A stretch of DNA of 64,000 nucleotides from Patescibacteria group bacterium (GCA_041651015.1 JBAZKA010000004.1:1010-65009), one strand, 5' to 3'. Positions 19,811 through 30,485 are shown, counted from the first letter of the stretch. Translations and numbers: made by a program. The notes: generated by a model not told the origin, from the letters alone.

Positions 19811-20383
19811 ATGAAGAAAAAATATATTGCTTTCGCCTTACTTCCGGTCTTCGCCATGGCCCTACTTGTGGGCGGACTGACCTACGCCTCAGCATCCACG
19901 GCCACGACCGATAGCCACAACCCGTTTAGCAAAATCGCCACCGCGATTGCCACAAAATTTAATTTAAGTTCAACTGATGTGCAGGCGGTTATTGACGAAA
20001 CAATGGAAGCCGAGCGCGCGAACATGGAAGCGAACAAGCCGGCCGAGGGAACGGAAAAAACCGATCGTTTGGCTCAAGCTGTCACTGATGGAAAATTAAC
20101 TCAAGCGCAAGCTGATTTGATTACCGCCAAACAAACGGAAATGAAAACCGCGATGGAGAGCAATAAAGACGCGATGAAAGCCATGACCGAAACAGAACGC
20201 AAAACGGCCATGGAAAAACAGCGAACAGAATTAAAACAATGGGCGACCGATAACAACATCCCCGAAGAATATATAATGTTCTTGGGCGGACACGGTGGTC
20301 CGGGCGGTCATGGCGGTCCAATGGGCGGTCAACCTCCGATGAATGGCGACAAAACAACCGATACCGCGACTGCTACTGAATAA
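19811..20383 (+). CDS. Secreted helical protein with Gly/Pro/His-rich tail
   Basis: Signal peptide; AVTDGKLTQAQAD motif. Confidence 0.8.
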   Translation: MKKKYIAFALLPVFAMALLVGGLTYASASTATTDSHNPFSKIATAIATKFNLSSTDVQAVIDETMEAERANMEANKPAEGTEKTDRLAQAVTDGKLTQAQADLITAKQTEMKTAMESNKDAMKAMTETERKTAMEKQRTELKQWATDNNIPEEYIMFLGGHGGPGGHGGPMGGQPPMNGDKTTDTATATE

Positions 20384-20548
20384 TTGAACAAACAGACAAA
20401 ATATCTCCGACTAAACATCGGGGATTTTTGTTTTTTGCACACCCCTTGACCTGTTGATAACAAATCACCAATGGATTTGCGTGTTTTCTGGGGCTGGTGT
20501 ATAATATACTCGCTAAAAACTTAGCATTTATTATTAATTCAATATCGT

Positions 20549-20830
20549 ATGGCAGGCATGACCAAGTCGGCCCTGATGTCCGCTCTCGCGGATAAGACAG
20601 GCCTCAGCAAGAAAGACGTCAACGGTTTCGTTGACACATTGGTGGAATTAGCTTACACCGAAGTCAAGAAAAACGGTGTATTCATTGTTCCGGGTATCGG
20701 CAAATTAGTTAAAATGAAACGAGCTGCTCGCCAGGGCCGCAATCCGGCTACCGGCGCGACCATCCAAATTCCGGCCAAGACCGTGGTGAAATTCCGCGTG
20801 GCCAAAGCCGCCAAAGAAGCGGTTCTGTAA
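20549..20830 (+). CDS. Second HU/IHF-family DNA-binding protein
   Basis: PGIGKL...ARQGRNPATG..IQIPAK.VVKFR. Confidence 0.93.
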   Translation: MAGMTKSALMSALADKTGLSKKDVNGFVDTLVELAYTEVKKNGVFIVPGIGKLVKMKRAARQGRNPATGATIQIPAKTVVKFRVAKAAKEAVL

Positions 20831-20844
20831 TTACTACAAACAAC

Positions 20845-20869
20845 AAGCCGTCCGTCAGGGCGGTTTTTT
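20845..20869 (+). terminator. Intrinsic terminator
   Basis: aagccgtcc-gtca-gggcggtt followed by T tract. Confidence 0.7.
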
Positions 20870-20969
20870 GTTTTGCCTGCCCGACCGAAGCAAAGCGAAG
20901 TCGGGTAACATTTTATCGCCAAAACTCATTATATTTGGTAGAATGAATGCATAAACATAATATGCAACT

Positions 20970-21503
20970 ATGACTCTTCAGGAAGAATTAAAACTGGCTG
21001 AACTCGCCAAAAAAGGAGACAAGCCGGCCGTTGGCGCGTTGTGGGACGCCATTACGCCCAAACTATTCGGTTACTTGGTAAATACGCTTCGCGACCGAGC
21101 TCTCGCCGAAGATATTTTACAAGAAACCTGGCTCAAGGCCATCTCGGCAATGGATAAATTTGAAAATCGCCAAGTCAGATTCAGCGCTTGGCTTTTCGCG
21201 ATCGCGCGCAATAATTGCCGTGAGCATTGGCGAACGCAAAATCGCATTGTATCCATGCCGGACGAAGAATTGGAAACAACGGCCGGTTCCGCGGACAATA
21301 TTTCGGCGCTTAATGATAATATGGATTTAGATAAAATTTTGGACAAATTATCCGATGATGATAAAGAAATGTTGCGTTTGAGATATCTCGCTGAAATGTC
21401 TTTTAACGAAATCGCCCATCTTTTGGAAATTTCTTCCATCGCGGCGCGAGTTCGCGTGCATCGCGCCACTCTCCGAGCGCGGGCTTTTACTCAAACTAAA
21501 TGA
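20970..21503 (+). CDS. ECF sigma factor
   Basis: AEDILQETW, FSAWLFAIARN, region 4 SFNEIAHLL...RVHRA. Confidence 0.93.
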   Translation: MTLQEELKLAELAKKGDKPAVGALWDAITPKLFGYLVNTLRDRALAEDILQETWLKAISAMDKFENRQVRFSAWLFAIARNNCREHWRTQNRIVSMPDEELETTAGSADNISALNDNMDLDKILDKLSDDDKEMLRLRYLAEMSFNEIAHLLEISSIAARVRVHRATLRARAFTQTK

Positions 21504-21509
21504 TTTTTT

Positions 21510-22814
21510 ATGAATAATAATTTTTCTATTAAAAATCGGCTAGCCGATTGGGGCCAAAAATCCCAACAGTTGCCGGCTAACAATACAACTATGAAAGAAG
21601 AAATCATGGCGGCCGCGCGTCCGGCCGCGAGTGCTTCCAAACCAGCCAAACGATACCGCCCGTGGTTATACCGCGCCGGAGTTCTGGCCGTGTCCGCGGT
21701 CGCGATTGTTTTAGTGATTACGGGTCCGGATTTATTGGCTAAACGTACTTCGTTTGGCATATCTGTGGGGGGCAGTGGAAGCGTGGCTCAACGAGACTTT
21801 GCGGTTTCCACGAATATGGCGGACGTTGATTATTCATCTTCCGAACTTGAATCAGATGGGCCGATTTCAGTGGACAGTTTAAGCCTAAGTTATGGCGAAG
21901 CCACCGGTCTCGCGTCCGAACCCGGCGTGGTTCGCACCATTGCTTCTAAAATCACGGATGCGATTGGTGGAGACGAAAAAATTGCCAACCCGATATTATA
22001 CACATCAGCGCCGGCGCCCACCTTTGATGCTCGTGAACTTATGGAAACGCAATACGGCGCAACCATAAAAACACGCAACGTCAACAAAATCGCCACTCAA
22101 GCGCAAACCATTATCCGCGGCCAGGGTGGACGCATGAATAATTTATCCATCCAGGAAAAATACGCTTACATTTCGTTTTCTTTGCCTAAAGAAAAATTTG
22201 ACCAAATGATGGTTCAACTAAAAGATTTGGTACCGAAAAAGATGTACGAGGAAACTATCTCTGCCTACAATCGTCTGTCGGAAAAGCAAAGTATTGAAAC
22301 CAACACGGAAAATATAAAAACAGAACTGGTAAAATTGCAAACTGAAAAAGAAGAATTAACCGCCACGCATGAGACAAAATCAGCGGAAATCCAAAATCGC
22401 ATTGACGCCTTAACCGCTTCGTTAAATACGCAATACAGATTAAAGGCCGCGACCAGAGACCAAATCCAACTCTCCAAAATAAACGACGAAATTAATCGTT
22501 TGACCGCGGAGAAAAAATCCGCTGAAACAGAATTAAAGACTCTCAACACTAGATACGATATTGACTCGAAGCGCATTGAACGCAATATAGAGAGACAAAA
22601 TACCACTTTGGATAATTTGGATGTGCAAAATGAAAACCTGGACATGCAAGTGGAGACCGTTTCCGGCACAATCAACATTCAGCATGTCAGCATCTGGGAA
22701 ATAATTAAAATCTATGTACCGGTTAAGCCGGTAGCCGTTGGACTGATTGTGCTCGCGGCAGTCTATTTGTTATTTTTCAAAGGCCGCAATCGCAAGGTGG
22801 AAGTTCCGGTCTAA
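21510..22814 (+). CDS. Putative anti-sigma factor with DUF4349-like domain
   Basis: Follows the ECF gene; N-terminal TM, long coiled coil, C-terminal TM. Confidence 0.65.
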   Translation: MNNNFSIKNRLADWGQKSQQLPANNTTMKEEIMAAARPAASASKPAKRYRPWLYRAGVLAVSAVAIVLVITGPDLLAKRTSFGISVGGSGSVAQRDFAVSTNMADVDYSSSELESDGPISVDSLSLSYGEATGLASEPGVVRTIASKITDAIGGDEKIANPILYTSAPAPTFDARELMETQYGATIKTRNVNKIATQAQTIIRGQGGRMNNLSIQEKYAYISFSLPKEKFDQMMVQLKDLVPKKMYEETISAYNRLSEKQSIETNTENIKTELVKLQTEKEELTATHETKSAEIQNRIDALTASLNTQYRLKAATRDQIQLSKINDEINRLTAEKKSAETELKTLNTRYDIDSKRIERNIERQNTTLDNLDVQNENLDMQVETVSGTINIQHVSIWEIIKIYVPVKPVAVGLIVLAAVYLLFFKGRNRKVEVPV

Positions 22815-22921
22815 TTGTCGTTGACAGAAAATACTTGACCGCATACAATACAATCAGGTCATTCAAAACTCGAAAAAACGGCAAACGCCGTTTTTTCATT
22901 TACAAAGGGAAGGGCGGACAA

Positions 22922-23179
22922 ATGGGAATTCTCGCAAGAATTGTGGAGGGGCTGTCCGAAGTCGTAAGAGAAATTCTGCACGACAAAGAAGAACGGCATT
23001 CATCTTCGCCGGGGATGAATGTTAACACGAGACTAGCCGACGCTGAAGCCAAAGAGCGCGCGCGAAGACGGCTGGAAAAAGCGCGGCTCACCATCGCTTA
23101 TTGCGACCGAGCAGCGTGTGAATCACAACCGACGGCGCCACCGTACGGCATGACGGACGAAGCCGTTAACGGCAAATAA
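22922..23179 (+). CDS. Hypothetical protein (ORFan)
   Basis: ATG 22922, purine-rich SD, TTGACA-17 nt-TACAAT at 22821. Confidence 0.55.
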   Translation: MGILARIVEGLSEVVREILHDKEERHSSSPGMNVNTRLADAEAKERARRRLEKARLTIAYCDRAACESQPTAPPYGMTDEAVNGK

Positions 23180-23340
23180 CAAAGGAGGAATAGATGTATT
23201 ACATGCGTAAGCCCGTGCCCTTTGACCGCCCCGCTAATTAGCGGGGCTTGTCTTTTTGAATGGGTTGACAAAAACCATTTTTTAGCGTAAAATGCCTTTG
23301 TTTTTATGACCCGCCTTCGCACAATGCTTCGGCGTGGTAT

Positions 23341-23417
23341 GACAGGGTAGCTCAGCTGGTTAGAGCACTGGATTCATAACCCGGAGGTCGAGGGTTCAAG
23401 CCCCTCCCCTGTCACCA
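23341..23417 (+). tRNA. tRNA with CAT anticodon (probably elongator Met)
   Basis: gacaggg/ccctgtc acceptor with G1-C72 paired, ttCATaa loop, encoded CCA. Confidence 0.9.
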
Positions 23418-23419
23418 AT

Positions 23420-24466
23420 ATGAAAATTCTCGGAATTGAAAGTTCATGTGATGATACATCAGCCGCTTTGCTTGAATGCTCCAAAAGCGGCTGTTTTGTC
23501 TTGCGCGAATCCACCGCTTCGCAAATCGCCATCCATAAAAAATACGGCGGTGTGGTGCCGGAAATTGCCGGGCGCATGCACGCGGAAAAAATCATCCCTT
23601 TGATTGAACACGTTCTGGACGGACAAAAACCGGATGCGATTACTGCCGCCTCTGGCCCCGGGCTTATCACCGGTCTAATTGTCGGCGTAGAAGCGGCGCG
23701 AACTCTGTCGGCCGCCTGGAAAATTCCCGTTATTCGTGTTAACCATATGGCCGGACATGTTCATTCTGTGGAAATCGGAAAAAAGAAAATTGAATATCCT
23801 GCATTGGCTTTGATTGTCTCAGGCGGCCATACGGAAATAATCAAAATATCCGGTGAAGGAAAATACAAAATGCTCGGTGCCACGCGCGATGACGCGGCCG
23901 GCGAATGTTTTGACAAAGCGGCAAAAATGCTCGGCCTCCCCTATCCGGGCGGACCGCAAATTTCCAAACTCGCGCTGAAAGGAAAAACCAATGCCATAAA
24001 ATTTCCCCGGCCGATGTTGGATAGTACTAACTTTGATTTTAGTTTTGCCGGATTAAAAACTTCTGCCTTGTATTATTTACGTGATAATCCACTTGTCATT
24101 CCGAGCGAATCCGCCGACAGGCGGAGAAGTCGAGGAATCCCTTCGGCGACAATCAACGACTTCTGCGCTTCATTCGAACAAGCCATTGTGGATACACTGG
24201 TCGGTAAAATGACCCGCGCCATAAAAAAATTCCAACCAAAAACCGTTATCCTTTGCGGTGGTGTTTCAGCCAACAAAAAACTGCGCGAGACACTGCAAGA
24301 CGCAGTCGCGCAATTTCCCAAAATAAAATACATGATACCAGAGGGACACTATTGCATGGACAATGCCGCCATGATCGCCCGCGCGGGCTTTGAACTGACG
24401 AAAAACAAAAAATATACTGATTGGAAAAAACTCAAAGCTGACCCGAATTGGGAATTAGGCAGATAA
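23420..24466 (+). CDS. tsaD: tRNA N6-adenosine threonylcarbamoyltransferase
   Basis: LGIESSCDDT, HMAGH, SGGHT, DDAAGECFDK, DNAAMIA. Confidence 0.97.
   Translation: MKILGIESSCDDTSAALLECSKSGCFVLRESTASQIAIHKKYGGVVPEIAGRMHAEKIIPLIEHVLDGQKPDAITAASGPGLITGLIVGVEAARTLSAAWKIPVIRVNHMAGHVHSVEIGKKKIEYPALALIVSGGHTEIIKISGEGKYKMLGATRDDAAGECFDKAAKMLGLPYPGGPQISKLALKGKTNAIKFPRPMLDSTNFDFSFAGLKTSALYYLRDNPLVIPSESADRRRSRGIPSATINDFCASFEQAIVDTLVGKMTRAIKKFQPKTVILCGGVSANKKLRETLQDAVAQFPKIKYMIPEGHYCMDNAAMIARAGFELTKNKKYTDWKKLKADPNWELGR
24095..24141. repeat. GTCAT-type REP with nested hairpin, in frame in tsaD
   Basis: gtcattccgagcgaa-[tccgccgacaggcgga]-gaagtcgaggaatccc. Confidence 0.75.
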
Positions 24467-24544
24467 TTATTTTTGGCACCCCTCACAAAACACCCGCCCG
24501 CCTCGGCTACGCCGAAGGCGTGTCGGGCGGGCCGTCCCCTCATT

Positions 24545-25354
24545 TCATTTCTGACATGTTTCGCAGTATACAGTACCCCTACCTCCCAACTTAACAAATT
24601 TCAAAACACTTCCGCATTGTTTGCATTTCAACCCCTCGCGCCCGTAAACTTTTAAATGCGGGACAAAACCACCTTTCTCACCATATAAATTTATATAATT
24701 TTCCGCCGAACTTCCGCCGTATTTTATCGCCTCGGTCATGACTTTTCGGACGCTGTCAAAAAGTTTTTTTATTTCAGTTGGCTTCAGACTTTTTGACTGT
24801 CGCGTCGGCAACACGCCCGCCATAAAACACGCCTCCTGCGCGTAAATATTTCCAATGCCGGCGATCAACTTTTGCTCAAGTAACAGCTGTTTAATTTTCA
24901 TATTCGGCCGTTTGGCCAGTGCTTCGGTAAACTTCATGACAGTAAAACTTTTTTCCAAAGGCTCCGGCCCGTATTGTTTATCCAAAAACTTTTTCAAATC
25001 ATCGGTTTTAATCAAATCCAGATAGCCAAACCGGCGTATATCATTGAACATTATTTTCAATTTCCCAAAACAAAAAACCACGCGAGTGTGTTGATGCGCT
25101 TCGCCATTATAAACATACTGCCCAGTCATTTTAAGATGAGTCAAAATAGACCAGCCATTATTCAAATTTATAATCAAAAGTTTGGCCCGCCGTTCCACAC
25201 TTATTATTTTTGCGCCAACCGTGTATTTCAAAAATTGCGCCTTCGGCGTTCTCAATGTTTTTTCCGCCAGCACCTCCACGCCGGTAATTTTCTTTCCGGC
25301 GACTTCTTTGTTCAGCTGGCGTTTTATTGTTTCCACTTCGGGTAATTCGGGCAT
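24545..25354 (-). CDS. mutM: Formamidopyrimidine-DNA glycosylase
   Basis: MPELPEVE, GIGNIYA, C-terminal zinc finger. Confidence 0.97.
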   Translation of the reverse strand: MPELPEVETIKRQLNKEVAGKKITGVEVLAEKTLRTPKAQFLKYTVGAKIISVERRAKLLIINLNNGWSILTHLKMTGQYVYNGEAHQHTRVVFCFGKLKIMFNDIRRFGYLDLIKTDDLKKFLDKQYGPEPLEKSFTVMKFTEALAKRPNMKIKQLLLEQKLIAGIGNIYAQEACFMAGVLPTRQSKSLKPTEIKKLFDSVRKVMTEAIKYGGSSAENYINLYGEKGGFVPHLKVYGREGLKCKQCGSVLKFVKLGGRGTVYCETCQK

Positions 25355-25356
25355 AA

Positions 25357-28300
25357 TTAGTATTTCAATTTACCCTTGCCTACCAAGGCCTCCAACTCAT
25401 TGGCGAGTTCGGCGGTCATTTGAATTTTATACGAAGTTTTAATCCGGTTCCCGCCGACAGATAAGTAAACCTGTTTTTCGCCCGGATATTTAGCAAAAAT
25501 ATTTTTTATGGCCTCGGCTTTTTCTTTTACTTCAACCGAGGAAAGCGAAACTAGCAAGCCTGACTCCGGATAATAATTCGGTTCCGGTTCGCGTACCGAG
25601 GTAACAGGGATTGTGCGCGCCGCGGCTTGAACACCCGAATTTAATTGCATCGCCAGCATGGGCGCGTTGTTTTCATTTACTTCATAAGCCTTTTCCACAA
25701 ATAATTTGTCATCGCCTTCATCCTCGGAAGTTTTACCCACCACGCAGACTGTGCTTCCCTCCACCCAAACGCTTTTAGTCGCTTCATAAGTGCGCGGGAA
25801 CACCAACAATTCCAATGACCCGCTCAAATCTTGAATCGTGACAAACATCATGGTGTCGCCCTTGCGAGTAATTTTTTTCTTGGCTGTATCAATCACCCCG
25901 CCGACCACCACCCACTGGCTGCGGCCTTTGGTGTTTAACTCATTGAGCGGCGTCAAGACATTATTCATGATTTTTTCAATCGGTGAAAATGGATGCGCCG
26001 TCACATACAATCCGAGCAATTCTTTTTCCCAAAGCATTTTTTCATCATCGGTCGCTGCCGCGCTGGTCGGATTAATTTTGACTTTTTGGTTGAGATCAAT
26101 AGCCGTGCCGGCAAACAAAGAATTTTGCTTGGTAGACGCGCTTTCAGAAACGCCTTTGGAAAAGGCCAATAAATTTTCCATGTTGGCGAGGAGGACGCCG
26201 CGATCATAACTGAACGAATCCATGGCCCCGCATTTGGCCAGCGACTCCAAAGATTTTTTATTTAAATCTCTGTCTTGAACCCGGCGCAGAAAATCCTCCA
26301 AATTTTTATATCGGCCATTTTGTTTTCGTTCATGATAAATTGCATCGGCAATATGCTCACCCAAATTTTTTACTCCTTGCAAACCAAAACGAATATGGGG
26401 TTCACTGCCGTCTTCCGGAGAAATCATGGCAAAATTTTTAAAACTTTCGTTCACATCCGGCGGTAAAACTTTAATGCCCATTTTCTCGCATTCATGAATT
26501 ACCGGCGGGACTTTATCAATGTCGCCGGACTCGGCGATCATGATCGCCGTCATGTATTGAATCGGATAATTGGCTTTGAGAAAGGCCGTTTGATACGCCA
26601 CCACCGCATAGCTCGCGGCGTGAGCTTTGTTGAAACCATAAGCGGCAAACGGTTCAATGCGTTCCCACAAAGTGGTAATTTTAGCTTCGGGCAATTTACC
26701 AAACTCGCGACAGCCCTTAAAAAATTTTTCTTTTTGTTTGGCCATTTCCTCGGGAATTTTTTTGCCCATGGCTTTGCGAAATTTATCCGCTTCTTCCCAG
26801 TTGTAACCGCCCAAATTTATAGCCGTGAGGAGCACGTCGTCCTGATAAACAATCAAGCCCAGCGACTGATCCAAATAATCTTTCATCCGCGGATCCAAAT
26901 ACTCAATCAACTCAGGGTGTTGACGGCGGTTAATGTATTCGGGGATCACTTCCATCGGACCCGGTCGGAACAACGCCACCATGGCCATGATATCAAAAAT
27001 AGAAGCCGGCTTAAGCTCTTTCAAATATCGGGTCATGCCCGAACCGGACAGTTGAAACACACCAATGGTATCGCCGCGCGAAAGCATGTCGTAAGTTTTT
27101 TTGTCATCCCAAGGCAATTTGGTAATATCAATTTTTTTACCCGTGGTCTTATGAATAATTTCCACCGCGTGTCCCAAAATGGATAAGTTGCGGATGCCGA
27201 GAAAATCCATTTTCAAAACGCCAGCCGCTTCCACTGAATGCATTTCATACTGCGTGACAATTCTTTCACCGCCGGTTTCTTTTTGGATAGGGGTAAATTC
27301 AGTCAAGGGCACGGGAGAAATGACCACGCCGGCCGCGTGCAGCGAAGTGTGGCGGGCGCAACCTTCAATCTTTTGCGCTAAATCCAAAAGTCGTTTCACT
27401 TGCGCGTTCTCATTGTACATTTTTTTCAAATCCGCTTCCTTTTCCATGGCCGTGGCGATCGTCACTTGGAAACCCTGCGCTCCGGACGGTACAAGCTTGG
27501 CCACTTGGTCGCAAAAAGAATATGAATAACCGAGAGCGCGGCCCACATCGCGCACCGCGCCTCGCGCTTGCATGGTACCGAAAGTAATAATTTGCGCCAC
27601 TTTATCCGCGCCATATTTTTGCGTCACATAAGCAATCATGTCGTCGCGGCGGTCGTCGGCAAAGTCCGCGTCAATATCCGGCGGGCTGGGACGGAATGGA
27701 TTTAAAAATCTTTCAAACGGTAATTTAAAATCCAATGGATTGACCGTGGTAATACCCATGGCATATGACACCAACGAACCGGCACCCGAACCTCTGGTCG
27801 TTTCCACAATGTCATGGGTGCGCGCGTAGTTCACATAATCGGATACGGCGATAAAATACGGCGAGTAACCTTTTTTGGCAATTACATCCAACTCATAGTC
27901 CGCTCGTTTCCTCTCCACCTCGGTCACTTCGCATAATTTCGGCAAGCGCTCATAAACCAAATCGCGCAAATGGTCGTCCGCGTTTTTACCTTCGGGTAAA
28001 TCAATATGCGGAAAATGCCATTTATTTAGTTCCAAAGTTAAATTAACTCGTTCGGCAATTTTCATCGTGTTCGCCAATGCCTCCGGACAATGCTTAAATC
28101 GTGCGGCGATATCTTCGCCTTTGGCCAAAGAAAAATCCGCGCCCACCATGGTTTGACGATTGGATTCCTCAATAGATACGCCGTCACGAATACAAGTCAA
28201 AATATCTTGCGCTTCATAATCATCAGGGTTGAGATAGTGGACATCACGCGTGACGATCACAGGAATTCCGGTCTCGCCGGAAATTTTTAACAATAAATTA

Positions 28301-28863
28301 TTTAAATCGGTCTGGCCTTCTAAAGCCGGAATATCCATCAGCTCCAAATAAAAATTGCCCGCGCCAAAAATTTCCTGATACTCCAAGGCCGCGGCTTTGG
28401 CTTTGTCGTAATTATTTTCCTTCATCAATATTCTGGAAATCTCCCCGGCCATACAAGCACTGCTCGCGATAATTCCTTCATGATACTGACGCAATAATTC
28501 TTTGTCCACGCGCGGTTTATAATAAAATCCTTCCAGATGCGCAAGCGAAGCCAGCTTCATTAAATTTTTATAACCCGTGTAATTTTCCGCGAGTAAAATT
28601 AAATGATAATATTTATTGTCCGGGCCGTTTTTCTCAAATCTGGTGGTCGGCGCGAGGTATGCTTCCATGCCGATAATCGGTTTGATTTCGTTTTTGAGGC
28701 ATTGTTCATAAAACTCAATCGCGCCATACATGTTGCCGTGGTCGGTCAGGGCCAACGCAGTAAAGCCGCGCTTTTTGGCGGCCTTAACCAGCTCATCAAT
28801 TTTAGACAAGCCGTCAAGCAACGAATAATGGGAGTGCACGTGCAAGTGCGTGAAATTAGACAT
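25357..28863 (-). CDS. dnaE: DNA polymerase III subunit alpha
   Basis: PHP HLHVHSHYSLLDG, PDIDADF, YGFNKAHA, OB fold. Confidence 0.98.
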   Translation of the reverse strand: MSNFTHLHVHSHYSLLDGLSKIDELVKAAKKRGFTALALTDHGNMYGAIEFYEQCLKNEIKPIIGMEAYLAPTTRFEKNGPDNKYYHLILLAENYTGYKNLMKLASLAHLEGFYYKPRVDKELLRQYHEGIIASSACMAGEISRILMKENNYDKAKAAALEYQEIFGAGNFYLELMDIPALEGQTDLNNLLLKISGETGIPVIVTRDVHYLNPDDYEAQDILTCIRDGVSIEESNRQTMVGADFSLAKGEDIAARFKHCPEALANTMKIAERVNLTLELNKWHFPHIDLPEGKNADDHLRDLVYERLPKLCEVTEVERKRADYELDVIAKKGYSPYFIAVSDYVNYARTHDIVETTRGSGAGSLVSYAMGITTVNPLDFKLPFERFLNPFRPSPPDIDADFADDRRDDMIAYVTQKYGADKVAQIITFGTMQARGAVRDVGRALGYSYSFCDQVAKLVPSGAQGFQVTIATAMEKEADLKKMYNENAQVKRLLDLAQKIEGCARHTSLHAAGVVISPVPLTEFTPIQKETGGERIVTQYEMHSVEAAGVLKMDFLGIRNLSILGHAVEIIHKTTGKKIDITKLPWDDKKTYDMLSRGDTIGVFQLSGSGMTRYLKELKPASIFDIMAMVALFRPGPMEVIPEYINRRQHPELIEYLDPRMKDYLDQSLGLIVYQDDVLLTAINLGGYNWEEADKFRKAMGKKIPEEMAKQKEKFFKGCREFGKLPEAKITTLWERIEPFAAYGFNKAHAASYAVVAYQTAFLKANYPIQYMTAIMIAESGDIDKVPPVIHECEKMGIKVLPPDVNESFKNFAMISPEDGSEPHIRFGLQGVKNLGEHIADAIYHERKQNGRYKNLEDFLRRVQDRDLNKKSLESLAKCGAMDSFSYDRGVLLANMENLLAFSKGVSESASTKQNSLFAGTAIDLNQKVKINPTSAAATDDEKMLWEKELLGLYVTAHPFSPIEKIMNNVLTPLNELNTKGRSQWVVVGGVIDTAKKKITRKGDTMMFVTIQDLSGSLELLVFPRTYEATKSVWVEGSTVCVVGKTSEDEGDDKLFVEKAYEVNENNAPMLAMQLNSGVQAAARTIPVTSVREPEPNYYPESGLLVSLSSVEVKEKAEAIKNIFAKYPGEKQVYLSVGGNRIKTSYKIQMTAELANELEALVGKGKLKY

Positions 28864-29003
28864 GGTTCAGATAAAAACGCGCCCAAACAGGCGCCCCGCT
28901 CACGGTTCAATATTACCTTACTCAAAGAGTAAAATCAAGGGAATATATTCATTGATTTATCCCCACATATTTGATAAAATTAACCAATAATAACTCATAC
29001 AAT

Positions 29004-30485
29004 ATGAAAAAATATCTATTAGAAATAATCGTTTTCGTTTGCGGCGCGGTGGTGATGATACTGGAACTCGCGGGCTCCAGAGTGCTCGCGCCATACCTCG
29101 GCACGTCGCTCATCGTCTGGTCCAGTTTGATTGGCCTGATTCTCGGCGCTTTAAGTTTCGGTTATTGGTGGGGTGGGAAAGTCGCGGACATTAATCCAAA
29201 CTGGAAAACATTTTCTGGAATAATTTTTTTGGCCGCTGTTCTTATTGGCATAACGGCGATTTTAAAAGAACCAATTTTGCTTTTGTTTGACGAGATAATT
29301 AATAACATAAAAATAAACTCCGTTCTTTCCACTACCATTCTATTTGTACCGGCGAGTATTATGCTCGGCATGATTTCGCCTTATGCCGTGCGCCTAAAAA
29401 TCAACGACGTACAAAACTCGGGTAAAACCGTGGGTAATTTATATGCAATATCCACTTTGGGCAGTATTTTCGGCACATTTCTCGCGGGATTTTATTTGCT
29501 GGCAACTGTTGGCGCGACCATGATATTATACATTCTTGCCATCACTCTAATTTTTATTTCCATAATTTCATTTTTCAAATCAGATTTAAAAATCAAAGCC
29601 GCCACTATCATCATTCTGATTTGTTTCGGTTCGTTCACCACGGCCATGAATATATTGGCGGCACAAAACGGGACGATTGACACTGACTCAAGTTATCAAC
29701 ACATAAAAATTTTTGACGGAGTAGACGCATCTTCAGGCCGGACCGCGCGCTACTTAAAAACCGAAAATGTCGGTACGCAATCCGGAATGTTTTTGGACAG
29801 CGATGATTTGGTTTTTGGCTACACCAAATTTTATGATTTATACAGATATTTAAAACCAGATGCCAAAAACGCGCTAATGATCGGGGGCGCGGCCTACACA
29901 TATCCCAGATATTTTTTACGCAATACAACCGGGACGACTATGACTGTGGTGGAAATTGACCCAAAAATCACCGAATTGGCCAAAAAATATTTTGGTTTAA
30001 CCGATGACCCGCGAATGAAAATTGTTCATGAAGACGGCCGGGTATTTCTGAACGGCAACACGGAAAAATTTGATATAATTTTCGGCGACGCGTTCAAATC
30101 ACTCACTCCCCCATACCAACTTGCCACCCGAGAAGCCGTAGAAAAAATTTATGAAAATCTAAACGATGACGGAGTCGCGCTCATCAACATAATTTCCGCA
30201 ATAAACGGAGATAAAGGAAAATTTTTGCGCGCTGAATACGCCACCTACCAATCTGTATTCCCCGAGGTGCAAATATTTCCGGTGAGGGAGCCGAATAACG
30301 GCGAAATCGTGCAAAACATCATGCTTGTCGCCTTAAAAAACAAACGCGCCACCTGGAATGGTGGCGACGCTCAAATGCAAATTTTGTTGGATAACCGATG
30401 GACAAAATCTATTGATAACGACTTGCCGATCCTCACTGATGATTTCGCGCCGGTGGACCAATATATGCTCAAGCAGGTTTTCTAA
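29004..30485 (+). CDS. Fused membrane / spermidine synthase-like methyltransferase
   Basis: About seven TMs, then VVEIDP, EDGRVFL, DIIFGDAF, LTDDFAP. Confidence 0.9.
   Translation: MKKYLLEIIVFVCGAVVMILELAGSRVLAPYLGTSLIVWSSLIGLILGALSFGYWWGGKVADINPNWKTFSGIIFLAAVLIGITAILKEPILLLFDEIINNIKINSVLSTTILFVPASIMLGMISPYAVRLKINDVQNSGKTVGNLYAISTLGSIFGTFLAGFYLLATVGATMILYILAITLIFISIISFFKSDLKIKAATIIILICFGSFTTAMNILAAQNGTIDTDSSYQHIKIFDGVDASSGRTARYLKTENVGTQSGMFLDSDDLVFGYTKFYDLYRYLKPDAKNALMIGGAAYTYPRYFLRNTTGTTMTVVEIDPKITELAKKYFGLTDDPRMKIVHEDGRVFLNGNTEKFDIIFGDAFKSLTPPYQLATREAVEKIYENLNDDGVALINIISAINGDKGKFLRAEYATYQSVFPEVQIFPVREPNNGEIVQNIMLVALKNKRATWNGGDAQMQILLDNRWTKSIDNDLPILTDDFAPVDQYMLKQVF

Noticed and set aside
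26494-27186. 230-aa plus-strand ORF and other long antisense ORFs in housekeeping genes
   Set aside because: Antisense shadows of dnaE, infB, pheT, clpC and others, with no recognisable motifs
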